From positions 26,188,560 through 26,252,559 of the forward strand of contig NC_134027.1 of NCBI RefSeq assembly GCF_964204645.1: 64,000 bases of DNA. Reading direction: 5' to 3'. The translations under genes and the position numbers were made by a program. Below are positions 1-11,600 of this stretch, piece after piece; the first letter of the stretch is position 1, and each line of letters opens with the position of its first letter. The notes beneath the pieces are model-generated. The model made no database searches, was not told where the DNA came from, and saw only the letters and a program-made list of their open reading frames with translations. This DNA comes from Tubulanus polymorphus (Eukaryota; Animalia; Nemertea).

Positions 1-1112
1 TTCAGGGAAAAAATGGCAAAATCTTGTACAAAAGTAGATGCAGCCAGAGGCATGTCAGGGTCCATTGCGGTTTTTCAATTTCCCTTGAGCCCACTCAAAA
101 TAATATAAGCCTGATGAGAAAATGATCAGTCGTGAGAAGGCACTTTCAGATTTTTCAGGCAAAGGGCAACTTGATAATTTAAGGAGGGCAAGGACCCTCT
201 AATAAGTGAAAACCCACAGTTAGTTACAACTAAACCCCATGACTAGAGAAACCAAGTTCTCTGATATAAGGGTTTAGTAGTTAACTCAAAACTGCCAGCG
301 AATAAACTTTTAAATATCTACTGTGGGTTTTCACTTATCAACTCTAAACTGAGAATATATCAAGTCAGTGCACCAGTCATGTTAACAACCCTCTCTAAAT
401 CCATGCCGATCCCTGTGTGCGTAAAGCATTGTAACCCCATATAGATGCATATTAATACCCAATGAATGCCTCTTTAAAACATTAACCCTCATCAATCTTC
501 AAGTTACATCATAACGATAACAACGTCATCATAAAATCTCAATCATTACGGAATCTATGAAATTCTTCTCACCGTATTTTAACACATAAAATATCCACAT
601 TCAATCCAGTTGAATGAATTTAATACATTTCTCAGATTTCGTAGAATTGGTTTTATATCACAGCTTAAACGCGGTATTTTTGTATAAATAAAAACAAATA
701 AACAACGCAATTATTTACAAGCAATTATTAAAAACAGACTTTGTTTAGTTTTTTGCTGTCATCTCATCTTGAAGCAAAACTTGCGTTAGTTAAAAAACAG
801 AAACCAGTTCCACTAAACTGTACTAACATTCTACAAGTCAAATCATTTAATTTTCAATTGGTTAATCATAGAGTATAACCATGGAATTCTGTGCAAACCT
901 CCCTCCCTCGGCAGGAACTTGAAACTGATGTTATGGTGAGACTCTGCCATGGCATGAAACTCTGCCTAATCAGAAGTCAGATTTTATTCTAGCCCGGGTT
1001 ATTCCTATCTGCAACTTAGCCTCGGTGATTATAAATAACAGGCAATCTGATTGGTGTTGCTAGTTTTCATGCGACTTAGCTGCACATGCAACTGTGAACT
1101 TGTACTAATCAG

Positions 1113-1221
1113 GGCCTGGTTTTATAGACTGGTATCATCTTTAACCTGGGGGTTAACTCAATTGAAAATGAATTAAGTTAGCCTCCAGGTTAAAGTTAAT
1201 ACCAGTCTATAAAACCGGCCC
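1113..1221. mobile_element. Harbinger-like MITE
   Basis: CAG|GGCCTGGTTTTATAGACTGGT ... ACCAGTCTATAAAACCGGCCC|CAG. Confidence 0.7.
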
Positions 1222-1405
1222 CAGGGGTTTTGTGCCGCTACAGAATCCCTGCCGAGGGAGGAAGGGTGCAAACAGAATCTTATCTGCGTATTTTAAGTAC
1301 CCTTTCATAAAATTAATGCCCATCAGACGAGAAGAAACTGCTTTGAAGTCAGTTGTGGAGCATAGAGAGATGCTTTGAGAATCCTCGCGCATGAAGCAGA
1401 CCGCC

Positions 1406-1430
1406 GCTGCTGCTGCTGCTGCTGCTGCTG
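1406..1430. repeat. (CTG/CAG)n microsatellite just after the TMEM116-like stop codon
   Basis: GCTGCTGCT run. Confidence 0.9.
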
Positions 1431-1432
1431 TC

Positions 1433-4400
1433 TTATAAACCGAATGTTCCACTTTGACTTCCGTTCATCAAATGAGTCCTTTCATTCGCATCATCAGCTC
1501 TTAAAGCATTAGTAAAACTCTGTCGATACCAACCATAGATAATACAGTTTACAAATCCTTGTAATGGAGCTGTCAATGCCTGTAATTTAACGATTAATAA
1601 AATTAAAATTACCATACAGACACAAACCAACTCTTAGTATCTCTCTCATTTCTGTAGTGAACTGATATAAATCTCAGTATAGTAAACGAATAAAAACCCG
1701 TAGATTTGTAGAAACAGTTTATTTCCTTACAGTTTCGAGGTTAAAACTAAACCTCATCTTCAGAGGAACAAAAATACTGTACCTCATCTTCAGAGGAACA
1801 AAAACTACTGTTTCTACTAATCTACTGTTGGTTTTTATTCATCTCTCTCATTATCGAACAGAACAGAAATAAACCGAATTCTCACCTGAATGATAAAAAG
1901 AGGGTAGTAATATCTCATGTTGAAAGATTTGCTTAGCGAGAAAAATCCCAAGAGAAGCGCTGAAAAGAAATCACATACGTACATAGATAGAGTACCTAGC
2001 AGCATTGAAATAGGGATCTAGTTCACTAAAAGGAAAGTATCGAGATTGACGCTGTTTTTTCTTTTTTAAATACTTACATGGAAACCAACAAACGAAGAAT
2101 ACAACTTGAAATTGTATGGCTTTATTGCGCAATCTTTCTCCTTCAATTGAATGTGTATATCCTAGCACACCTGCATAGAAATTATTACACTGTTAATGTA
2201 ATTTTCTCAACGTGAATATCTTTTTTATATCAATAATGAAACTATCAGTGTTATTTCAAATGTGTTAAGTACATACGATGCCTGAACAGAGCCATATAGG
2301 CTGTATATATAATATCCACAAAAGGATGTTCGCAGTTCATAACAGAGCTTTCTCCTGAAATGCGAATGAAATGAAAATCCAAGAAAATGGCGAACAAACC
2401 TCTGCTATCCTGTAACTGCGCGTGTTTCTTGTATGTACATAAATATAGCACCTAAACGAAGAAAGCAGTAATAGTTATAGCGTAGTTGTCATTAGAAAAT
2501 TACTTTCGTAAAAATTTAGTTTGATACCAAAGAATTAATTACTAAATGATAATTTGTGTATTGTTTGTGTTCAAGGCTGTTATGGCTGAGAGGTTGTGGG
2601 TTCAAGCAGGAGCAGAACCAGGTTCAAGATGGTTGTCCACTTTTTGAAATCTAAGGCCTTTTTCTAAGCTTCGTCACAATTTTCTTGTTCACATATAGAA
2701 TGATTTTTTTAGACTTTCTAGAATCAGTAAAACAGTTAATTATTGCCACAACAAAATTTTGGTAGTTCTTCAGTTTTTCAACCTTAATTCATATCTTTCC
2801 TCAGAATATAATCGGTCCGGAATATTAGAGGATGGAATTCTAAACGACCTCAACATTTTAGGGGGGTGTCCGGACCCCCACGGACATCCCCTGGATCCAC
2901 TGTCAGATCCCAGTGAACCCATGCTTTATATACAGTCAGGAATTATGTCAGTATTCGTCAACAAATTGATCTAACAATGAAAGTTGTAGCTCCAATAAAT
3001 TCCAGCGAATGCGAAAGTGCTGTGGCACTTATCTGAATTAATGAATATTGCTTGTCTAAATAAAGATCAGACCGAGTCGTGTTTGATCAGGAAGTAAAAT
3101 GAATTGTTTGATTAAAAATAGCAATTTATGATAGTATGATTTACCGGTATTACATACAATATACTTACAGCGTTTGTGACCATGATAAGAATGAGGGGTA
3201 TTAGGAAGAGATATTTAGCTACGACGTGCAATGTAGGCAGTTCACCCCACGAGTGCTGAAATAGAAAACAATTCAGATTTTCATGAAAATGAATAAGGCT
3301 CTTCATACATTTTTTCAGTAAATTCAGAAATATATGAATAATTCTAATAAACGGAGTCGTACTTACCAAACAGATGTCCTCGTTGTAGTGGAAAACTGGT
3401 AAACACCTGCTCAAAATAGGCATAGTTTCGTTAATATCTATATTAGTCATATTTGTTGATTTGTGGATTGAGCTGTAAATGCTAGTGGATCACGATTGGT
3501 AGAACACTATATCCGTGTTGATGCGACGAGGAGAGAATCCCACAATGATAATAAAAAGTCCGAAAATGAAACTTCGAGATAGTAGTTTATTTCAACGTTT
3601 CGACTATATCCTAATAGTCATCTTCTTTTATTCCTGAAGATGACTATTAGGACATAGTCGAAACGTTGAAATAAACTACTATCTCGAAGTTTCATTTTCG
3701 GACTTTTTATTATCATTGTGGGATTCTCTCCTCCTCAAATGCTAGTGGAGTTTGAAGTTCAAAACCTAGATCCAAATTTTGAGTTAAGATTTGATTCTAA
3801 AGTCAAAATATTTGGAAACGAACTAACTATAACTCAAAAAGTCAAACTCAGCTCTAGGAAGCTGGGTCTTCATACGTATTTCGGGAACTGAAAATCTTGG
3901 CCATATTGAGTGAGGCCCTGGCACCGAGATGGTCTGGATTTGATAATGAAATTCTTGAAAAACTTGCCGCACTGGTTTCATAGCTTAGACCTAAGATCAG
4001 TCTAAGACATTCTCAGCTCTATAGCCAAGACCGGTCTTAAGATTTAAGACTACTTATGGACTGGTGGTCTTGACTATGGAATCTGGATGCTGATTTATAA
4101 ATTCAGTCTTGAGTAATACATGCATTCTCGATGTATTATTTAGTATATCTACCTGAGTCCCTTGTCGTAAATACTCCTAGCGATGAACGATGAAATTTCA
4201 ACAAGTTTTCGTATGATTGTAACGCAAAGAGTGAGAAAATTGAGGAACCGATGATTTGATTCGATGATTTGAGAATAAACACTTACGATGAACAGTCGTG
4301 TCCGGGCGGTATTATACGACGCATTCTAGGCTCTTGCTCTTCTTTCTTCGTTTCCAAATAAAATAATACGCTCATCATAACGGACAGAGCGATAGGAATA

Positions 4401-7400
4401 AACCTGCAATTAGAGAATAAATTAATAAATTATTTCGAAATATCAACTGCACCTATTTGATTATCGATCCGATGCCACAGTCGTTGAGAAGAGTTGAGTA
4501 AAATGAGTTGACTTTCAATTCTTAAATGCAAATTTCAACTCCCAACTCTCAGGGGCCGAGAATCCAAGGCCGACTTCAAACCATGAGACTGTAACATCAG
4601 AAAATGACGATTTCCCAGCAAAAAAAAACAGTGCTGAAATTTTTTTAAAGAAAATTCTCTGACTTTTGACTGATTTGCAGGGAAATATTCACCGTGATTA
4701 ACCCTTTCAGTGCGTCTAAACCGCAGTGCGGTGTATAAATTAATGATGGATTTTGCTAGTACACCGCACTGCAGTGTATTGATTTGATTAGTAATTTGTA
4801 ATTATCTCTATTGAAAAATGGCAGAAAGTTTCAAACATAGTGAAATACTAGTAACTAACGATACACCGCACTGCGGTGTAGACGCACTATAGTGGTATTC
4901 CCATTGTTCAACACACTAGGGTGGAATTTTTTAGAATTTTCAAATTTTCTCCAGCATTATAGGGTATTAATTAGTCAGCACTGAAAGGGTTAAGTAAACT
5001 CTACTCACCAAGACAAGATGTACAATAAATATCTGAATACGGGCAAACATTTCGATGGTCGATATCTGTAACCGCGAGTACGCGTGTGCATTCGTAGGTA
5101 AACTTCTATCGCATACGTTAATGTCAAACTAAATGTAATCACGTAACACGCCTGAAAAATCATAACCACCACATCTTCATGATTTACTTCAATTATCTAA
5201 CAGTAAGGCAGTAGTTGTTTAACAAATCATCAGACATTCCCACAACAGATTCAAAGGAGCCTCATTTATCAATTAGGGCTGATCAACTGAATAAATTTCT
5301 CTTTTCTTATCCATGCCATGAATTCTTCATCAAATGACAAATGTAATGACAAATGGTTTAATGCATAGCCAGGCAGGCAATATGGACGATCATAAATCAG
5401 ACTGCAGAAATTTGTTAGTAGAATTTCCGTTGATGAGATCCAGTCCAAAAACTACAAATACTTTTCAGCACTTTTACCCAAAGGATTTTTCAGGATTTTA
5501 CCCAAAAAGGAAACGCTTATCATTGGGGGAGGGGGGCCTATTCTAGTTTTCCAAAAAAGTATGGTTCGTATTTTTTAGAGTTTTTTGGTATTAATCAATC
5601 TCATTTCAGCTATCAATTAACTCGATTTTATTTTCATATAATCACTCATTATAGTTTGTGCCTGCGGGTCAACCTGGCACATTAAACATGAAACATACGC
5701 ATAGTTTTCACAATGTCAGGTCGTAAATTGTCGTTCTGTGATGAAAATGATTAATTACACGTAGTCATTAATAACGTACCATAGTGAATGCGGAAACAAT
5801 GTTACATATTTGCCAAACTCCTGGCTTCAAACTGAATTGAAACAGTATGCAGTCTATGAACAATGAGAGCGAAGCGAGAAGATCGGCGAGCGACAGGTGG
5901 AATATTGGAATCACCTACAATAAACAAAACAAAAACAATGAATTATGAGAGGATTAGAGAAAGGTCTACACTTTTCAGGACATTTTCCTAAATGCAAACA
6001 CGAGTCCCTGACATTTTTCAATGTCTCAATAATAATCCCAGCAGAATTTGCACATAGACAGTAATGAAATTTGTTTTTAGAAATTTCCTGCAATGACATA
6101 TTAGTCTAAAAAGTAAGTACTTTCCAGCACTATAGGATTTTTACTTGAAAAGTGTAAAGCACTAATCAGGGCCTTTCCTAGATTTTTTTCAAAAGTAAGC
6201 ACATTTTAGTCAGACTTTTTCAGACTTGCTGCAAACCCTATTTCATCGATGGTATGTTGATAGGGTTAATCACTTACATCTGGTTTGCATACTTTTTTCC
6301 GAGCGATGACACTAACAATAATGGATGCAGCACCGATAACACTAAAATATATAAACAGAACGCTCTACATGAGAATCCGGAAAATAAACCGAGGATGACA
6401 ATAGTCAAATCAACATCAGATTCGATATAGATATAATGCAGATAAGATGCTTGTACCTGAGTAAACTTGAACCAATGTCTATATAACTTATGAGGCTCAG
6501 CTACAAAATCAAACACAATCATTAAACATTGTCACAATCATTAAACATTGTCACAATCATGAAGCATACAATTCTGCATGAGAAACATTAATGATATTGA
6601 CCACGAACTTCACATGAACCCAGACATTGATTTTTATTACGAAAATCTTAGGCCACTTGAAATAGTGTCTATTCTTAAAGTTGAACATAATGCAGACTTT
6701 TGATGAACCTGAACTGTCTAGCAACACCACGCGCAGACAGATAATAACTGTCGAACATGTTTTACAAGTGATAAGTATGAATTAAATTTCTCCATTTCAC
6801 TAAGTCAGGGCAAGATATAAGTTTATGAGAGATATAAGTTTCTCACACAGTTCTCAGTGGAGACCAGTGATAAGGTCCGATGTTCATACAATCTAAGGAA
6901 AGCAATACGACATCTGACTTCGTTAAACACCGGTACCCGGGGTTCTTACAGATCAGGGACTCTAAAATTCCCTGATTTTCCCGCACCGTTGACCTGAAAT
7001 TCCCCGATTGAATTGTAAGATATACCGTCTATGAAAATAAGATACATATTTTCGATACAACGATGTATTTACATATATCGTACTATAATAAAATATAGTG
7101 TACTATGTACAGTGAACATTGTGAGGTACATATGTTTTATTGGTGCATCCTCCAGACTATCTCAGCATATATACAAGGCTTATTTCAACCAATATTCACA
7201 CTGTTTAAACGCAGATAAAACACTAAATCCACTTGAGTATATGTTCTTTATCTTATCAATCGTATATTTATAACATAAACAAATATTGCAATTCCTAGAA
7301 ATGATCTGGGGAATCCGTTCCTCAAATACACAGGGTTTCCCTATAGATTGATAATGAATTCTTATTATCGCTTGGTGAAATAAATCCGGTAATTAAAATT

Positions 7401-8136
7401 TCATTGTTACCAGAGTGTGGTGTTTGTCCACCAGTTGAAGCTAACCTCGGAGTAAACATGGAATGATAACTCATTCAATGATTACCGGTACTCCAAGAGC
7501 TATTCCATACTTAGCAGGCATCTCTTGCCTCTGGGTCCAAAATCAGATATCAAACCGGTGAGGTGGTACCCTGGTATTTGTGATGCATCACAAATAAGAA
7601 AGTTAGAAACTTTTGAGTGATATGCTCATCGGATTATCTAGTGAGTTGTGGCTCCCTGGTTTTGGGGGTCAAAAACTGTGTCAGGCCCACCCCAGGGACC
7701 AGCCACTCGCCAGTAGTAATCAGTACCGCTACCGGTAACAGTATCTGTGGACCATTTAGTTTCACAATCGGATATTTTCACAAACCACATAAGCAATAGA
7801 ACAAGAATTGTAAGTACATCATAAGTCTATCCTAGTCAGTAGTAACCTGACTGTGGTTTAGTTTCACGATCCGATATTTTCACAAACCACATATATACAC
7901 ATTGGTATAAGCCCATCCGATTATAAAAAGCTTTCCACCAACGATTACTATAGGTAACTAACTACCATTATATAAGAGATTAAGTAACTGTAAGGATTTG
8001 CTGTGTGAGAATTCAATTCATGATTTCTAGCCTTTAATCTTCAACTTACCTCCTGGTCATTTAAAACCCAGCTTACATTTGATACATTGACGAAACTGAC
8101 ATTGGTGGTTATCAAAGGTAAGAATTTTTTGCTCAT
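1433..8136 (-). CDS. TMEM116: TMEM116-like multi-pass membrane protein (GPCR-like), about 12 coding exons
   Basis: Exons joined manually at GT-AG sites (approx. 8050-8136, 6457-6500, 6277-6341, 5780-5914, 5009-5151, 4287-4403, 3366-3408, 3168-3254, 2400-2451, 2078-2170, 1886-1959, 1433-1579). They give MSKKFLPLITTNVSFVNVSNVSW..., IFHLSLADLLASL, VVFFVCWFP and QALTAPLQGFVNCIIYGW, which resemble TMEM116 motifs (QALTA.SQG..NC.VYGW). A probable 5'UTR exon has its donor near 8453. Confidence 0.72.
1723..1768 (-). ncRNA. Minimal type I hammerhead ribozyme motif (Penelope-type)
   Basis: Minus strand reads TTCCT-CTGAAGA-T-GAGGTT[TAGTTTT]AACCTC-GAAA-CTG-TA-AGGAA: stem I TTCCT/AGGAA, conserved core boxes, 6-bp stem II, rudimentary stem III and a GUA triplet. 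AATAAA follows. Confidence 0.75.
3490..3736. mobile_element. Palindromic Penelope-like terminal relic with 13-bp flanking direct repeat
   Basis: About 98-bp inverted arms at 3528-3625 and 3636-3733 (one mismatch). AAATGCTAGTGGA occurs at 3477-3489 and 3737-3749. Confidence 0.75.
3628..3674 (+). ncRNA. Minimal type I hammerhead ribozyme motif (Penelope-type)
   Basis: TTATTC-CTGAAGA-T-GACTAT[TAGGAC]ATAGTC-GAAA-CG-TT-GAAATAA; stem III is the palindrome AACGTT. Confidence 0.65.
4702..4989. mobile_element. piggyBac-like MITE
   Basis: TTAA|CCCTTTCAGTGC ... GCACTGAAAGGG|TTAA, with repeated internal palindrome ACACCGCA(C/G)TGCGGTGT. Confidence 0.85.
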
Positions 8137-8453
8137 ACTGACTGAATCTAGAAGTAGAAGAAGAGAGGATGTATTCTCTCTCTATCAGTCTATGCGAGTC
8201 TAGTCACTACCAGCTGAACATGTTTAATCATGTGATCACAAGCGATCTGTCATTACTGTGTCCGCCCACACATGTTTTACAGCCAGGTAGATTCGTCATG
8301 GCTGCGCGATATTTAATCAATAGTGTGTACTCTATTCATTCGTGGTCAATAAGATTGAAAGTTTAACTTTATAAAATGACCTGTAAAAAATTCCTGGATC
8401 GCCATACCAGTGATTTAATCATGATATATTAACAGTCAAATCTTTAAATATTA

Positions 8454-8601
8454 CCTGGCTGAAGAAAATAGCTAGCGGTACTATCAAGGTCGTGTGGAGT
8501 AAGTTACTTCCTTGTTCCGGTTCTGAAATATGAAATAAATCTGAATCTATCTCATCCTAAATTACCCCTTCCCTCGCTCGTCGACAACACTCTTACTAAT
8601 A
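8454..8601. promoter_or_regulatory. Probable compact bidirectional promoter shared by the TMEM116-like gene and OPLAH
   Basis: A minus-strand splice donor (CCAG|GTAA near 8453) lies about 150 bp from the OPLAH ATG. ETS-like ACTTCC and TTCCGG motifs at about 8505-8520. Confidence 0.5.
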
Positions 8602-11600
8602 ATGAATAAGTTTCGTTTTGCAATTGATCGCGGGGGAACGTTCACAGATATTTGGGCAAAATGTCCCGACGGAAAAGTAAGAGTAATGAAACTGTTGTCA
8701 GAAGATCCAGCAAATTATCCCGACGCGCCGCGTGAAGGAATCCGACGAATTATTGAGCAGGCAGGTTTGGTTTGTTAGAATAAGGGCAGCGTGCTAAAGG
8801 TAGTGTCTGTAGTGAGAAGTGACAGAGGGTGTATTGAGCCTTCTGTCGGTAATCGCTTGATTGGGGCTCGGGGGCGGTACTTGACATTTGATTAACATTT
8901 AACAACAAAGTTGAAATGACATAGGAAATTTTTTTTTGTCTGTCAAAAGTAATTTATTTTGATTCTCTAGACCTTCCTGATTAGTAATATGCAAAAATAA
9001 AATTTTTGGGAGGGGGGTACGAAAGTGCATGAATAGCGCCTGATCCCCTTGATGTGTGGGATGTTAAGATTGATGTCCCCACAAGTAGTTAGATTGCATA
9101 GGCCTATGTTAAAGTGGTAAAATTTCAAGATTTAGAGTAGAGACTTTGAAGAGAGGAAGGCTAGGTCAGTTGTGATGCTGGAGAGGGTTTTGGACTTGAA
9201 CTGGGTGTTTTTTGTATATATTGTCTGTCAGTTAGTTCAATCTTGCGGTAGAATAATGTGTTCTCATTTTCAGGAAACTGGTAAAACTATCGAACCGTCA
9301 GAACCGATCGATACATCATTAATAGAATGGATTCGTATGGGAACTACTGTCGCGACTAACGCGTTGTTGGAAAGAAAAGGACAGCGAATGGCTTTACTTA
9401 TAACCAGCGGTTTTAAAGATCTTCTTCATATTGGAAATCAGGCCAGACCGAAAATATTTGACCTGGTTGGTAAAACTTGAATTCGAATAAATTTCATTTT
9501 ATAATGTAATTTCGAAATGCAAAATAGATTCATTCATTCATTTCTCGATAAGTATTCAAATGATAAATAATAATTAATGATAAATAATTTCAATAAGGAA
9601 TGTTCAGAATATCCCCAAATTTTCTTATTTCATAACTGCATCATTACTAATAAACTATTGAAACGTAGGAAATAGTAACACCTGATGTGCTGTTTGAAGA
9701 AATCATTGAAGTTGAAGAGAGAATCGTATTGAATCAGGATTCATGTCAGTTGAATAAATCATGTGAAATAAAAACTGGATCCACAGGAGAAAAGGTAAAA
9801 AAAAAGGTCGAAAAGTTGTAGAGCATGATGTAAAAAACGACAGTACTATGAAGGTTAACTGATTTTATTAGAAATCTCCTAATTTACGTGGAAGTTATTA
9901 TGCACTAGTAGTGAAAGAAAGCTTGTAATTTCTAATGAAATCAGTTAACCTTTACAGTACTACCTACTTTTATATTTCATTGGTTATACATATGAAGCTG
10001 CTATGCAATATTGTGTCACTAAGTTTGTTTTTACTGTAGGTCGATATTTGGCAAGTTTTTAACGAGGATAAATTGAGAAAAGATTTACAGAAGATTTTAG
10101 ATAAAGGAATTCAAAGCCTGGCGGTCGTGCTGATGCATTCATATCTGTAAGTGTCTGAGTAGATCTGTAATCTTTAAGTGCGATCGACTGAAATAATGCG
10201 ATTTGAAGAAGAATCATTTTTAACACAGTGAATCTCGTTATTATCACAGATTTAGTGATCACGAACAAGAAGTTGGTATTTTAGCGAAACAGATGGGGTT
10301 TAGTCATGTATCTCTGTCATCTGATGTGATGCCGATGGTTAGAATTGTTCCGCGTGGATATACCGGTAAAATCCATTAAAATCCTCTATTGCTTTTACGT
10401 CGTAATTGTCTGTCTTTTCTTAAACTGAATTACATGATCAACTTCATTCAGTATTTCAATCAATTTTCAGCCTGTGCCGATGCGTATCTTACGCCTTGTA
10501 TCAAGTCTTATGTCGGAGGCTTTTCTTCCGGATTCAAAAACGATTTAAAGGTACTTCATGGACCCTATAAATGATATCCCGTTGCCCGGCATTTCTACGT
10601 TCATGTCATAATCGTAGCTTTCTTTTATGTAAAGGATGTAAAAGTACTGTTTATGCAGTCGGACGGAGGCTTGACTCCTGTTCAGAAGTAAGTTATCAGT
10701 TGTTTCATATTTCAACGTATATTTAGTAGATACTGATTGTATATTTGTGTATTGTAGGTTTACTGGTTCGAGGGCCATCCTATCAGGACCTGCCGGAGGT
10801 GTTATTGGTTACGCCCTCACAACGTACAGCCAACAAACCAACCTGCCTGTTATTGGTTTTGATATGGGAGGTACATTATTCAAACTCTTCGTATTTCATC
10901 CCTCGACCCACCGAGCTCCAATCATGGTATTATTAGCGGGTTTTTCCGATGCCCAATTAGGTGGTAACCAAATTAGTAACCAAGTTTCGGTAGAGTTAAA
11001 GATAAGAATTTGCCACAAATTACTGGATTACTGAGATTAACAGTGCCGATTTAGAAGGAATCTAAAGTGATCGGGATATGAAGATGATGCAGACACTTCC
11101 TCGGAATTTCGAAATTTTCTCCTTTAAAACTCTTATGAAAACTCCTTGCATCCAAGAATGACTGATCAGGGAACTGCTAAAAAGTGCTGAAAAATTGATT
11201 GCTACGCCTCTCAAATTCAAACATTCCTTTACTCATAATACGTCTGATATAACCTATAGATGAGGGGATGTATTGTTTATACAGGTACGTCGACAGATGT
11301 AAGTCGATACGCCGGTCATTATGAACACGTATTTGAAACGATGACGGCAGGCGTCGCTATACAAGCTCCGCAGTTAGATATAAACACGGTCGCTGCTGGA
11401 GGCGGTTCTCAACTGTTCTTTAGGTCTGGTCTGTTCGTAGTAGGACCTGAATCAGCCGGTGCTCATCCCGGTCCCGTCTGTTACAAGAAAGGTACTGCTC
11501 TTCTACATGACGCAAGATATCACAGTTTTTTCCGAAATTACTTTTGTTGAAATAACGTGAAATGATATTTGTAGGAGGTCCTCTCGCTGTCACTGATGCA

